This document shows, piece after piece, positions 11,707 to 24,792 of a stretch of DNA of 64,000 nt. The position numbers and the translations under genes are program-made. Below the pieces are notes generated by a model that was not told the origin of the DNA, made no database searches, and saw only the letters and a program-made list of their open reading frames with translations. Positions within the stretch are counted from its first letter, which is position 1; every line of letters starts with the position of its first letter. The stretch is from Lepidodermella squamata (taxonomy: Eukaryota; Animalia; Gastrotricha): positions 2,666,001 through 2,730,000 of the forward strand of contig JBLDXI010000003.1 in the NCBI GenBank assembly GCA_047495785.1. The letters are read 5' to 3'.

Positions 11707-14269
11707 TTATCCATTATTTGAAGTTGCCACACTTGATCTTTCATAGTCAAAGTTCGACTTGCCAGCCCAATCAGCCCAATAAGTTTCAATCATCTCATGG
11801 GCATTGATACCCGACATTTTCCCGCGATAGTTGAATTCAACATCATCCGTTTGGCTGTGGACACGGTTATGAACGGCCTTAGATATAAGTATTTTCATTG
11901 CTAAGAAACAAATTCCAAGTTGTGAGCAGTCTGAGTACATTCGATTGTTACTTACGCAGACAGGCCGAATGCACCAAAGCGACCTCTTGCGTTATGGCCC
12001 CAACGATAGCGAATCGAGGAACTTGAAGCTGGATGATTTTAGCTGCGCAAGGCCCAATATGAATACCAGTGCGAACGTAGATTTTGGCATCAGCATCCTC
12101 CGATTCATCGTTGGCAGTTTCAAGCAGCTCCTTTATCTCTAGAGAAGCGTGAACCATGGCTAGTGCGTGATTGATTATAAGATGTCTTTCCCCCAGGCCA
12201 GTGGCGTAAACGAAGGAGCAGCCTTAAAAACATCGGAAAGGCGTGCGAAATTGGTATCAAAAAGTTGTGAAAACCTGAAACTTCAACTTTAAAGCAAGAA
12301 TGTTTGTGAAGACAATCCTCGACCAATTCGTAAGTTTTACTGATAATCTCAGCAAACTTATCCGGATTAAGTTCAAGCTGCAGAGAATCAATGTTGTAAA
12401 CGTCCATTATACCCATGCATGTATCTGCGGATAAACAAAAAATAGGTAGCTCTAAGCAGAATGGTAATATCTTCACCTGAGAAGTATTTGATCGGCGTGT
12501 GCTGCCCCATGCGAATCACGTGAGCAAGCTCAAGAGGTATGTAATCGTAAAGTAGATTGAGCGCCTCAGTCAATTCGTCGAGGTTTTTGTAGAAACCGAT
12601 AATGGTATGCTCGAGTCTAATAGTTCCGATGATGTGCGAGACGAAGGACAACAAACCGAACAAAACCGCAATGATGAAAATAATGACAACTTAAGGAAAA
12701 TAAAGTTAAGGAACAAAGGGTAGTGAAAGGCTAGCTCATACAAAATAGGTCGTTATCTGGCCACAGCCCAACAGCTTCTTGCAGGGATTTGTCGCTGACA
12801 ATTCGAAGTTGCGTTAATACGTACTGCACATTGACATCATGCCTCAGCACTATTTCCTCGAAGGTAGCACCATCGATTATGTTGAAATCCCGGCCGTAGA
12901 CCAGAGTAATTTGTGATTCAACATCCTTATTTGAGTCAAGGGAGGTGAGGTTGTCTAGCTGAGCGACGGCAAAATCTGAAGTGAGGCCAGCGATGCTGAT
13001 GAATTCTTGATAAGCGAAGTAGTACGATAGCAGATTTGTGAAGACTGGGTCGTCAAATTGCATGGTCCGATCTATATATTTTGGCCTCAGCTTTTACTGA
13101 AATCATAGCTCAGAAATTCAAACTTACTCTCGTAGGCAAGTTTCCGCCCTACCGTCGCGAACTGCTTGAAATTAATCCACTAGTGAATAAGCATAAATCT
13201 GGCGAGGAGCAGAAGTTATTTAGCCTGGCATACCATTTGAAAAACGGGAGTCACAGCCAAAAAGTCATGGTATCCGTCGTATATTGGCGCCGCGAATATC
13301 AAGTAACCTCCGACAGTCGCGAATTGATCGATTATGGTCGAATAGAATTCGAGAACTTGCGGTTCTGCAACCGTGAAAAGCATGGGAAGTTATTCTTATG
13401 ATATTATTATGCTCACCGGAAGTTCCATTTACAGCTTTTCGAAGGTCTCGCTGTGCCTTCAATGCAGTCCTGAGAACGGCCGGGGATGTGATGTTGACTC
13501 TCAGATGGCTCGGAATAATATCCAGAATGGCTCCCGACGGCCAGGCCTCATTCCATAGTAATTTCTATTACATAAATCCGAAAACATTCTCGCATTTCTG
13601 ACAAGCAAAGGTTCCTCACTGCATCAACTTCCTTTATAGCTTCCTTGGATCTGTCCTGGTAAATGTCATATGGTCCAGAATTGTACCTGAGAGCAACATT
13701 ATTTATGCCGCGGATAATTTTCTAGAAAGAATGATTATACTGATAGGAAACAGCCAATTCGTCCGCGAGTAGTTCAACCATGTCAAAAACTGCATGATTC
13801 CACGAATTGATTTAAAACCAGTTGTTAGCTCAATTTTTACCTGCGTTTGACAGAGATCTCGTGTTCTATGAACATCAAATTATTCAGTTAAAAGTGATGG
13901 CCGTCAAAGAATTGTTACGCTAATAGTATCATCGAAGTCATTCCTTGCATTAGACAGGTCGATGTCAGAATAAATTTGGACAATTATGGCGGATGCAGCA
14001 ATTAAGGCAAGAATTACGACCTGTAATCGAAGAAATTAGACAGAAACGGTTCTACGAAATATTCGAACCCATATCAGCATGACGGCTCTGCCAGAACGAA
14101 GCTGGACCTGGGGATTGAACCAATAACCGCAGATACCTGCGAGGCCATTGTTGACTGAATTGGCGAATCTGACTGACTTGCCGTATTCTTTTGACTTAGA
14201 TCCAACTCCAAATGAATATTCAGAGCCATGATAGCTGTCTGTCCCGCTTGGTTGCTCGCGCTTGAGCAT
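11707..14269 (-). CDS. NIT-like 2-TM receptor with degenerate guanylate-cyclase-like domain, copy 2
   Basis: FNPQVQLRSGRAVMLIW, KAQRDLRKAVNGT, LLYDYIP, IMDVYN, KVEVSGCSF, VRTGIHIG, PRFAIVGAITQEVALVHS and ETYWADW. Most similar to copy 1. Confidence 0.85.
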
Positions 14270-14895
14270 TTCGGATCGTAAATCTCAGCTGTAGAAAATG
14301 GCGAGAGAATGGTTTATTAGAATGCACATATCAGCACATGGATTAGCAAAGATTACCAATTTGACTGCGAGCAGGAGGGTTTAATTTTTCTGACTGAAGC
14401 TTAATTTCACGAGATTTGCAATCAAAAAAGCTGAGTTTTCCCTACATGCATGATGTCGAATCAACTTCAAAGGATTAAACGTCAGCAATTATTCCCTCGA
14501 TTGTTCCGTTAAAATTGTCTTTGGATGGCTTATCCAAGTTAGACAATCAGGCGCCACAAGTAATTGCAGAATTTGCGCTTTCATAGCGCGAAGCTCTTCT
14601 TTACCAAGTCATGAGACGTAATATAGGACGCCGCTGCTTCAAAGCTCCGATTACATTCGCTGAAAAAAATGATGAGCTAAAAGTTGTTGTATAGCAACGC
14701 ATCAGACAACTGATTAATTTATTTATAGAAATACGCAGCTGAAATAATGAATTCGATGTGACACCACAAAGGAAAATTTCAAACGTATATAGTATTTTTT
14801 GTGTCCTTCTTCTTGACCGAGAGTTACCTAGATAAATAAATTTCCATTAGTCTACAGTACATGAGCCTACAGTTAACGATGCTACAGTTGCGACC

Positions 14896-17609
14896 TTAAG
14901 TGTGCATATTTTCAGATAACTGGTATGAACCAGTAGATTCAGATTGTACTTTCGATTTTTCAGAGATGAGGCTCTTTGTTTCATCGCCGTCGTCATCAGG
15001 CCTTTCCCAATCAGCCCAATAAGCTTTTATCTTGTGTCCATCTCTTATTCCATCAATTTCCCCGCGGGAAATGAACTCCACCTCGTCACTTGACTTGCGC
15101 AGGCGAGCTCGAACAGCATCAGAGACTTGAACCTTCATTGCTGAAAAATTAACACAAGATGTACAGCCATGTAAGAACTAGATATCATTCCCTTACGTAG
15201 GCAAGTCGAGTGAATGAGCGAAACTACTTGAACCGATTCGCCAACTACGGCAATGCGCGGAAACTGGAGATACGCAGCTCTCGCGTAACAGGTACCAACG
15301 TGAATTCCAAACCGCATCGATACGTCCTGCTCTATACCCTCAATAGAATCGTTTACTTCAGCCATTTTGTCCCGTAGCTCCAGCGCGATGAAAAGCATCT
15401 CAATGATATGCTGGGTCATGATATGATGCTCTCCGAATCCAGTTCCGATCATGAAGCATTCACCTTATAATACGCATAGTCATATAACTATATAGTAACA
15501 TATTCTCGAATCTACCTGTAACTTCGATTTTGAAGCAGCTATGCTTACGCAGGCAATCTTCAATAATCTCATAGGTTGTATACATGGTTTTGGCAAAGTC
15601 GCCGATGGTGGATTCGTTCATCAGAAAGGCGCAGTTCACATCAAATACCATTAAGCATGCATCTGAAATAGATAAAATCATGAGTGCCATCCTCGAGGAC
15701 AGAAATTCTCACCTGTGTGCTTGGTTACGGGTACATTCTCACTTACGCCTCTCGAGAGCAAATGCGGAAGGGATGCACGAATTTCAGCGGAATCTGGTAA
15801 ATAGTCGCGGATGAGGTCGAACGATTTCCTCAAAAGATCCAGGTTAGCGTTAAGATCGAGAAAAGTGTTATGTAGACGCTGAGTCGCGGCTACATGAACA
15901 GGAACCAGAGATAGGGCAAATATGACAGCAACGCAAATGAAAGCAAGAGCTAAAACATTTTCGTCTCGAGGCATACCGATGATTGAATATTTACCAAACT
16001 TACAAAATACGTCCACGTTTTTCCAGTGGCTTGCAGCATATTGCATAGCTTCGGCAGTTCGTCGGTTGAGTTGGCGCAGAAGCCAGTTCAAATTTTCATT
16101 TTGCTTGCTTGACGGCTCTGCTATCATTTCAGGCATAAGATTATCAAAATCTTGCTTTCCGACCTAATCAAAGAATTCGTGCTAATTTCTGATACACATA
16201 CAACATGATTACATATTGATTTTGTATTTTCTCAAGTTGTTGGTACCAATCTTGCTCCTCTGTTATGTTCCTGATCTGATCAGCTGTATATGGCGAGTCT
16301 AGCCGCGCTATCGCGATGAACTCAGAATATCGAATGTAATAATTAACGATTGAGGTGAAAACTGGGTCTCTGTAGCTGGACACCGTTCTGTCTGGTAGCG
16401 ATTGCAAGAAAAATGTGAACATGTTTCGATCAAAATGACAAATCGCCCTTACTTTCTTGCGCTAGTTTCGTCAAAACAACTGTGTATCTTTTCAAGTTGA
16501 CAATCTATGGACAGAAATGACATTAATATAGCGTAAAAATTATGGGTCTTAGCGTACGGCCTGAAAAACCCGACTTATGGCAAGCAACTCTGACCATCCA
16601 TCGAAGCGTTTTAAATTGACAGTTGCCGTACGAGCGACAAGAGCCAAGTTGTCGCCGATTTTAGCGTAAAAGTTCAAGACATCCGCCTCTGTGATTTCAA
16701 CTGAGGGTGAACAATTCGATTCTTATTATCGAAGTAAACCTGATGATCCATTCGGTGATTTTCTAGTATCTCGCTGTAACCTTAACGCCAAGCGAAGCGC
16801 TAGAGATGACGACATATTTCCACGCTCGTTCTCAGGTATGACAATCAAGTCCTCATCGGTGGGCCAGGTATCACTGAACGTCAGTTTCTTAAAAAAGAGT
16901 GCGAATAATTTGATCATTCAAGCGAAAGGAGGGGATTATACTGTATCGACAGCTCGCATTACGTCCTTGGCTTTTTCTTGAAATTCCTTTTCAAAAGCAA
17001 AAGGTTTTTTTGCGATTCACAAAGGTATTGAAGTCATACTTCATAGGGTCCGTTATTGTACCTGAAAAATTAAAATTAGCTATTTCTAGAAGACAGTATT
17101 TCACCCGACATACATGTAGAATGGTTCCGATTCCAAGGCCAGCAGCATCGAAACATCATTCCTGCATTTCGTAGGTTTGAGTCAGAACTCGAGAAATTAA
17201 AACATAATACACTTACATTTCTGCTATAAGCAAGCTGTTTTTCTGAATTAAATCAAATAATTAGGGATCAAGCGTTTTATGTGAGATCTCACCTTAATAG
17301 CTCCGCTGTAAGCCTGTCGCGCTTGTGCCAAGTCAACATCGGTGTATACTTGCACAACAATGCCAGCGATAGACAGAATCGTAAAGAATACAATCTTTAA
17401 TGTAGCAGAATTGCATTGTTGTCAAACGTAAGTTTCAAAAATTATACCAGAACCATGAACTCAATCCGTCCTCCTCGGCTTGAAACCTGCGGGGTGAAGA
17501 CGGATCTCCAGCATTGATAGTTTGCCATAGTTCCACTTAGTGACGCTGCATATTTATGAAGTACTGACGACGGCCGTTCGACGGAATTTGACGGAATAAC
17601 TGTAGCCAT
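14896..17609 (-). CDS. NIT-like 2-TM receptor with degenerate guanylate-cyclase-like domain, copy 3
   Basis: ATG at 17609 (MATVIPSNS...FTPQVSSRGGRIEF), SSSLALRLALRLQRDTRKSPNG, LIRDYLP, VFDVNC, KIEVTGECF, MRFGIHVG, PRIAVVGESVQVVSLIHS and an acidic tail. Confidence 0.85.
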
Positions 17610-18281
17610 CTTTATTTAAATATTTCAATCACTGACCGGTCAGTATGATGTTCGCTATTACTCGGAAATTAGGCACTGACTACATCCTAATTAGTATTTG
17701 ATTGCAAGGGATCAGACTGATTCAATTGCCAAGTACATGGTAGGTCTATTCGGCTGATCTTTCAATTATCCTGATTCCCAAAGAACCAATGGTCAGAAGT
17801 CGGCGCATATCAGTGATTTAATGATCTCGAAGTTAATCTGAGTGACCTGGAAACAAAACGATGAGGCCATTACAATGCGGCACAGAGTAATATATATATT
17901 AGGCAATTATGCACTATCGCGGGATCTATGATTTCAAGGAATCTTAAGTCATCAGACAGAGTGATACAAGATTAATACAAATCGTCCGTACCGCGGTGCA
18001 GATCCGATCGGTGCGATTCGTACAACGGCACTGATATGATTCGCCGATTTGCCGATTTCGCTCGGCGCACCATTTCAGGACAACTTCCTCAAAAGTCACT
18101 ATGGGCAAAGTTTGCGATTTTAAGTAGGTATCGACCCGCGAACAAATTATTGAAATTTATTAACGAAATAACTCTTGTTAATTCTTCAAATTATGTAGCT
18201 TAATCCGTCGAACACGCTATCATGAAGGCATCTTGGAGTTCACAAGATAGAGCAATTCAGCGATTCAGATGACTTGAAAGC

Positions 18282-19544
18282 TCACATCATTAATCCGATA
18301 AAAATAGAAATAACAACGCAACTGATGAGTATGATCGAGCCAAAGAACAAAAAGTCGAGCAGACGAATCTTCGTGACTTCCCAGCCGTCTACACCCATGA
18401 CCAAAACGCTTGATTTAAACGATTGTCGATGGGCTAATTCACACGAAATGCAAGTGTAAACTGTTATCACCATTCCGATAAAGATTTGAGATGAAATCAA
18501 CATCGCGGCGTAAGGAATTTGAGATGATTTTGGTATAGTTTCGTCAATTACTGATTGCAGAATAAAAAAAGCTAGCAACACGGTGATGCTGTAGCAGGGT
18601 CGATCGGGAGCTTTGGGTGGCAAAAACCAAGAAGCGAGTTGGAGGAGCATCAGGCATAAGCAGGGCAAAAACAGGTTGTTGACGTAGAAGGAAGCTTTCC
18701 GCTTAAATGAGAACGTGAAGTAGACGCGGTCGTAGTTGCCCTCCCAATTCGCATATGTCTGCTTCCTAATTGAAGAGCTAACGTTCGCCAGTGTCCAAAT
18801 CTCGCCGTCGTCTACAAAATCAATCAACGCTTGTTCCATTTCGACCCCAGCGCCATCCAATTGAAGTGCTACTATATATGACTCAACATAGCTTTCGAAA
18901 ACCATAGAGCAATCTTGCGAATCAAACGGGAATTTCGCCAGCCTATTACACGATTTTGAATATTTTTCTTTTCATGATGTAAGACTTACTTCATCTTGCA
19001 TTTCGAATTGAGCGTAGCGACGATTTGCCATAACATATTGCCGTTTTTGTAGATGTACATCGGAGTATACTGCGCCACGCTATAACAGAAACGTTCATAT
19101 TTTGCAAAGCCCTTCTCATTCTCATTTTCTCGCTTACGATGCGAAAAAATTTGCATCTGTAACAGCATTGTTATGCATCAGTTGAACTCGCCAGAACTTG
19201 GAAGCAGTATCTTGAATGCGATCGATTCTAGCGAACTCTGCCGTTTCGTTATAGCCCCATGAAATGCAGGGATGCTTCCAAGTGAAATCGATTTCAGTCA
19301 GAATAGAGAAGGTTTGCTCTTGATCTGCGATGTCTCGAAAGCCGTAAGGTACAATTTTCGACTTAACTACCAGTGGGTTCGAGTAGTTATCCACCGGTCT
19401 AGTATTGGTTTCCAGGCTGCATTTATCGTAAAGCCATTCTTTTAACATCTGTTCCTGAGCTTTGAAGGGATCATCCTCACTCCAATCAGCTGACAAGATA
19501 ACAATCAAATTACAAAGCTCGAAACAAAATATGTTGAACTTCAT
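18282..19544 (-). CDS. Cys-loop (pentameric) ligand-gated ion channel subunit, nAChR-like non-alpha, copy A
   Basis: Signal peptide, TRPV motif, spliced Cys-loop CKMKLAKFPFDSQDC, pre-M1 FKRKASFYVNNLFLPC, M2 DRPCYSITVLLAF, IPKSS, M3 and M4. Three exons. Confidence 0.9.
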
Positions 19545-20147
19545 TTTATACTAAAATAGAAAGATAATGTCGAAATGGCTCCCTGCGTATCTGGGTATAT
19601 CATAATGATTAGCTAACTACAAAAGCAAATAGCGCTTGCCTATTTGAACTGGGGAATTTTAGCAAATCGATTTGCACGTTTTGCGTCATGAGTATTCGAA
19701 ATTATCGCCTTCAAAGCGCATGATTGGCATCGATAAAAGAAATGAAATGACGTCAAAGTAGGAGTTGATGGTTTGCTTTGTTCTCCTGGATATCGCCACA
19801 TACGTCAGCAAAATTCACGGCAACTTCGCAGCAGAAAATGGAACCATAGTTCTTTGAGTTACCTTGAGAGTTGAGTGTTTACAATGAATGAAATAAAAAA
19901 TGCCCGAAAATTGCTTTCCAAAGCCGATCGTCCGATCGTCTTCCTACAACATAATGTTTACTGAGTTTGATTTACAACATTGATTTACAACGGCAGACTA
20001 CAAATTTACTTGTGGAGCGCGATTAATTAGATCCATAAATCCATGGACAATCAAATACAAACACAAAGGACTAGACTGCATAAACTATCATCTAAGCCGG
20101 TGAAATCGCTTAGTCCATCAAATTTCATTAAGAATTGGCTGTAGCTC

Positions 20148-22765
20148 TTATCTTGCCCGGAGCTCGATCAAAGAAGAAGCTACACTGATTCCATCATCAC
20201 TTTCATCTCCAAACACTTTGCTCCCAGCCCATTCGATCCAAAAAGTTTCAATGCTGTCATCGCCATTCTACGTAATAAAATTCAATATCAGGATGATTGA
20301 AAACTATATCGCACTCACGTTATTGCCCATGTCGACAAAACCACGGCGGAAAAATTTGAAATCGGTCTCGAACGATGCCAATCGTCGTTGAATGGCTGCA
20401 GTTACCAATATTCGATGCGGGAAACTCTTGGCATGAGCTATTGACGTTATTGGCAAAAGTTTTCCTATGATCATAACTCGTGGAAAATGCAGGTTCAGCA
20501 AGCAGGAATGGCACGGTCCGCAGTGCACGCCGAATCGAAGCTGAACTTCGATGTTATCTTCGCGCTCTTCATTCGTTTTGTCAGTCAGATCCCGCAGCTC
20601 CAAGCAAGCCAGGCAAATTTCCAAAACATGATCCTGAAAAATATTCAATAATGTTTGTTCATGGCCTCATGGTTTTTTTACCAGAGCGTGATGCTCCCCG
20701 ACGCCAGAGCCAATTGTTACAAAGCTACCGAAAACGTTCATCTTGAAGCAGCTGAATTTCGGCAGAGTTGTTTCGACGTTGAAGAAAAACTCCTCCAGTG
20801 TCTCTGCCAACTTAGGCGCATCCAACTGCTCTCTCAGGATCTCAAAATTTGAGACATCAAAAATCGCGGCAGCCGAGTCTTGAGTTTAAATATATTAGAG
20901 AAATCCAAGGCAAGGTGTAATTTCACCCACCATTGTGGCGCTTTACAGGCATGCATGCCCCTGTTTTAGCCATATTCACGAATTTCGCTGGCATGTAGTC
21001 ATAAAGCAAGTAGAGGCACTAGAAAACAGGTCATATCTTTTCGGAAAATTCACGATTCCACTTACTCCCGTGAGAACATCAAGACTTTCGTGTAAGTTGA
21101 CTACTTGCGCCTGGATTCTGATCGTTCCGAGCACATGGGAGACAAGAGCGATCAGCGTTATGCCTCCAGCAATGCCCATGAATATGACGGCTGAATGATC
21201 AAATCTCAGCGGGAGGAAAGAAGTGGCTTGGAAACCTTACATAACAAGTCATCCTTCGCCCAAGCGCCCGCAGCTAACGTCATTTCGATGACGATACGCT
21301 TTCGCATTTCACTAACGATCCAAGCTATGTTCTTGTCGTGGGCGTCAGCGGCAGCTGCAAAAATATCACCATCGACTTGATCGAAAAAACCCGTTAAAAC
21401 CTTGATTTCACAAACATTTCAAACAGCCAATATATCTAACTCTGATTTCTCACCGAAGTGTACAAGAGTTCTATGTTCCTGTAGGAATCTAGTCCTGTTA
21501 GATTCGTGATTTTCTCATTGCCGTAGGAAGAGTACAATGACGCGAGCGATGAGAATTGTATGTAACGTTGATAGTAGAGAAGTAGCGAGCGGAAAAGTGG
21601 GCTCCCATCGACAGTTACAGTCCGATCTAACTCAATTATGCGAATACATTAAAATATATTGCTTTGGGTGGCCAACTTTCTTTTGCCAGTCGCTTCCCCA
21701 CCAGGGCGTACTGTTTGAAGTTCATCCACTGATGTTGGGTTAAAAGAAGCTAAAACAACAGTTTCATGGATGAAAAAACTAACGCTTTGAAAGGAGGGAG
21801 TCAATCCAAAGAAATCTTGCCAGCCATCAAAGCGAGATGATTTAGCTATAACGGTTCTTGCCACCAGTGTCAAATAATCGATAATTTGTGAGTAGAATGC
21901 CATTACTGCCGCCTCTGAAAAAAGCAGTGTCATCAGCGAAAATAAATATATGGCAACCCATTCTTAATACCATCAGTCCCATTCGCAGCTCGACGAGTAT
22001 CTCGTTGGGCTTTCACGGCAGCTTTCAGCACCAGTGGTGATGTTATGTTTATCCTGTTCGCAGTAGCGATAACCGTCAAATCGTCGGCATTTGGCCATTT
22101 ATTGTTGAATATCAGTTTCTTCCCGATGTAAAAATGTGACCCATGGGCAAAATATTAACTTCTGCGAACTTACTGAATCAGTATTTTGCATTGAGATTTT
22201 TGCCTTCAAAAATGTGTTATCGCTTCAATTATAAAAAGGCTGCTTTTACCTGAGCAAGGAAGTCTTCGTATGGCCCTGTATTAAATCTAAAGGAAAATAA
22301 TATGCACAAAGGTGTGTAAGCAGGTCGAGAAACTACTCGTAGGCCGGTTCCATTTCCTCGGCAAGCACTTGAATGATGTCGAATAATTCCATAACCAAAT
22401 CCATTCGGCCCTGTGATAAACTTGATATTGAATTAAAATTGATTGGTTTATAAACACACAGAAATGTCTTTGGCCATCATTTCTCTCTCCTCGGCCATTT
22501 GAATGTCAGTTATGATCTGCACAGCTATGGACGCAGTGAAAATGGACGCCATAAATATTATCTGCGAATAATCAAAAGTTATTCTTGGCGTAATTTCGAG
22601 AGAAACGTATCATACCCATGTTAATTGCAAAGCCCTGCCGACTTTTGTTTTAGCCTGAGGGTTGAATAACAAGCTACATAACTCCTTGCTAGCTTCCATA
22701 AAGTAAGCTTTTTTCTCAACTACACTTTCTGAGTAAAGCGACATTTCCCTTGAACGAATTTGCAT
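20148..22765 (-). CDS. NIT-like 2-TM receptor with degenerate guanylate-cyclase-like domain, copy 4 (most divergent)
   Basis: FNPQAKTKVGRALQLTW, KAQRDTRRAANGT, IFDVSN, KMNVFGSFV, LRFGVHCG, PRVMIIGKLLPITSIAHA and ETFWIEW. Stop at 20148-20150. Start uncertain (22744, 22765 or 22834). Confidence 0.8.
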
Positions 22766-23073
22766 AGCAAGAATAAATTCGTGTGAATGTACTAAATTCT
22801 CAAGAAATTCTCTATTATAGCAATCTTGGAGCATTCATCCAGTCTCTTCAAAAATTAGTTTCACATAATCCTAGCAAAATTTACTGGGGCGCGCCCCTGG
22901 CTGTGCAATCAGCTTTAAGCCGGCCACGGGTTTTCGAGGATTCAATTTAACCCGCTTTCTAAACTGGACCCGGTGCAAAGGCGTGGGTGTCTTTATTCTC
23001 TCAGTCAAACAATTTAGTTCAGATGCGCATGTTTTACCAGTCTGCTTCTGCGCTGAAATTTTAGCACAGAAAT

Positions 23074-23904
<831 letters not shown>

Positions 23905-24792
23905 TGTTAGAAACGTTTATTATACGAACGGCAAAGAAATAAATAGGTGAACTTTTCTGTTCCAGACTTAGCGAAAGCTTTCGTCTATGATTATGACTCA
24001 TTCCTAGCAGCGGGCGATGTACCTCATTACTCATTTATAGACTTGTGTTCGAATCGATTTTGAGTGGCTAGTTGAGTCAACGTGTTTCAACCTGATGGGA
24101 TTCGCCGATGTGCAATCGATTTGTTAGAACAGCATGGCTATTGAATACACCAAAGCTAGAGAATCGCTAATAAACCAAAGGCATGCCGTGAGAATTACAT
24201 ACTACGGCAAGCTCTTTCCATTTTCGTGCAAACAAAATACATTTTTGGCGCACAGCTAGCATAGCTGTAGGAAACCGATCCAAGTGGTCAATAGCCGATC
24301 TCAGCACAATCAAATAATGCCCAATATGAGCTCTGAATGAGTGAATTCTCCGATCTTGCTGAGGACAGGATGATAACAAAGAAACTACGGAAAATTTTAT
24401 TAGGGCTTTTATCATAGGCTAATTTCCCCTTTCATTAAGCTTTTACAAAGGTTTTTCTAAGCCGTATTTCTCAGGTTGGCGTAGGAACTTCACAAGTCCG
24501 CATTCATCTTGTCATCTTTCGCTTTTAGCTGCATTGAACTTCAAAAGTTTATTAAGGAGAGAAACAAACCGCACGACAGTGACGTATGGACTGTTGCGAT
24601 TAGATTAAGCATTTCAGCTAAAACTAGTTCGCATTAAATTTAGCATCCACGCAAAACATATAATATTAGCCTCTATTTTATATCGATTTAGCAACATTTA
24701 CGAACCTAAAACCGTCGATTGACGAATAAAATAAGTAAGTGATAAGTAAACATAATTTTGGTGCGCAATATGCGCATTCAACAATTACACAT

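Noticed and set aside
24167-24415. 82-aa intergenic ORF
   Set aside because: No motif, paralog or convincing splice context.
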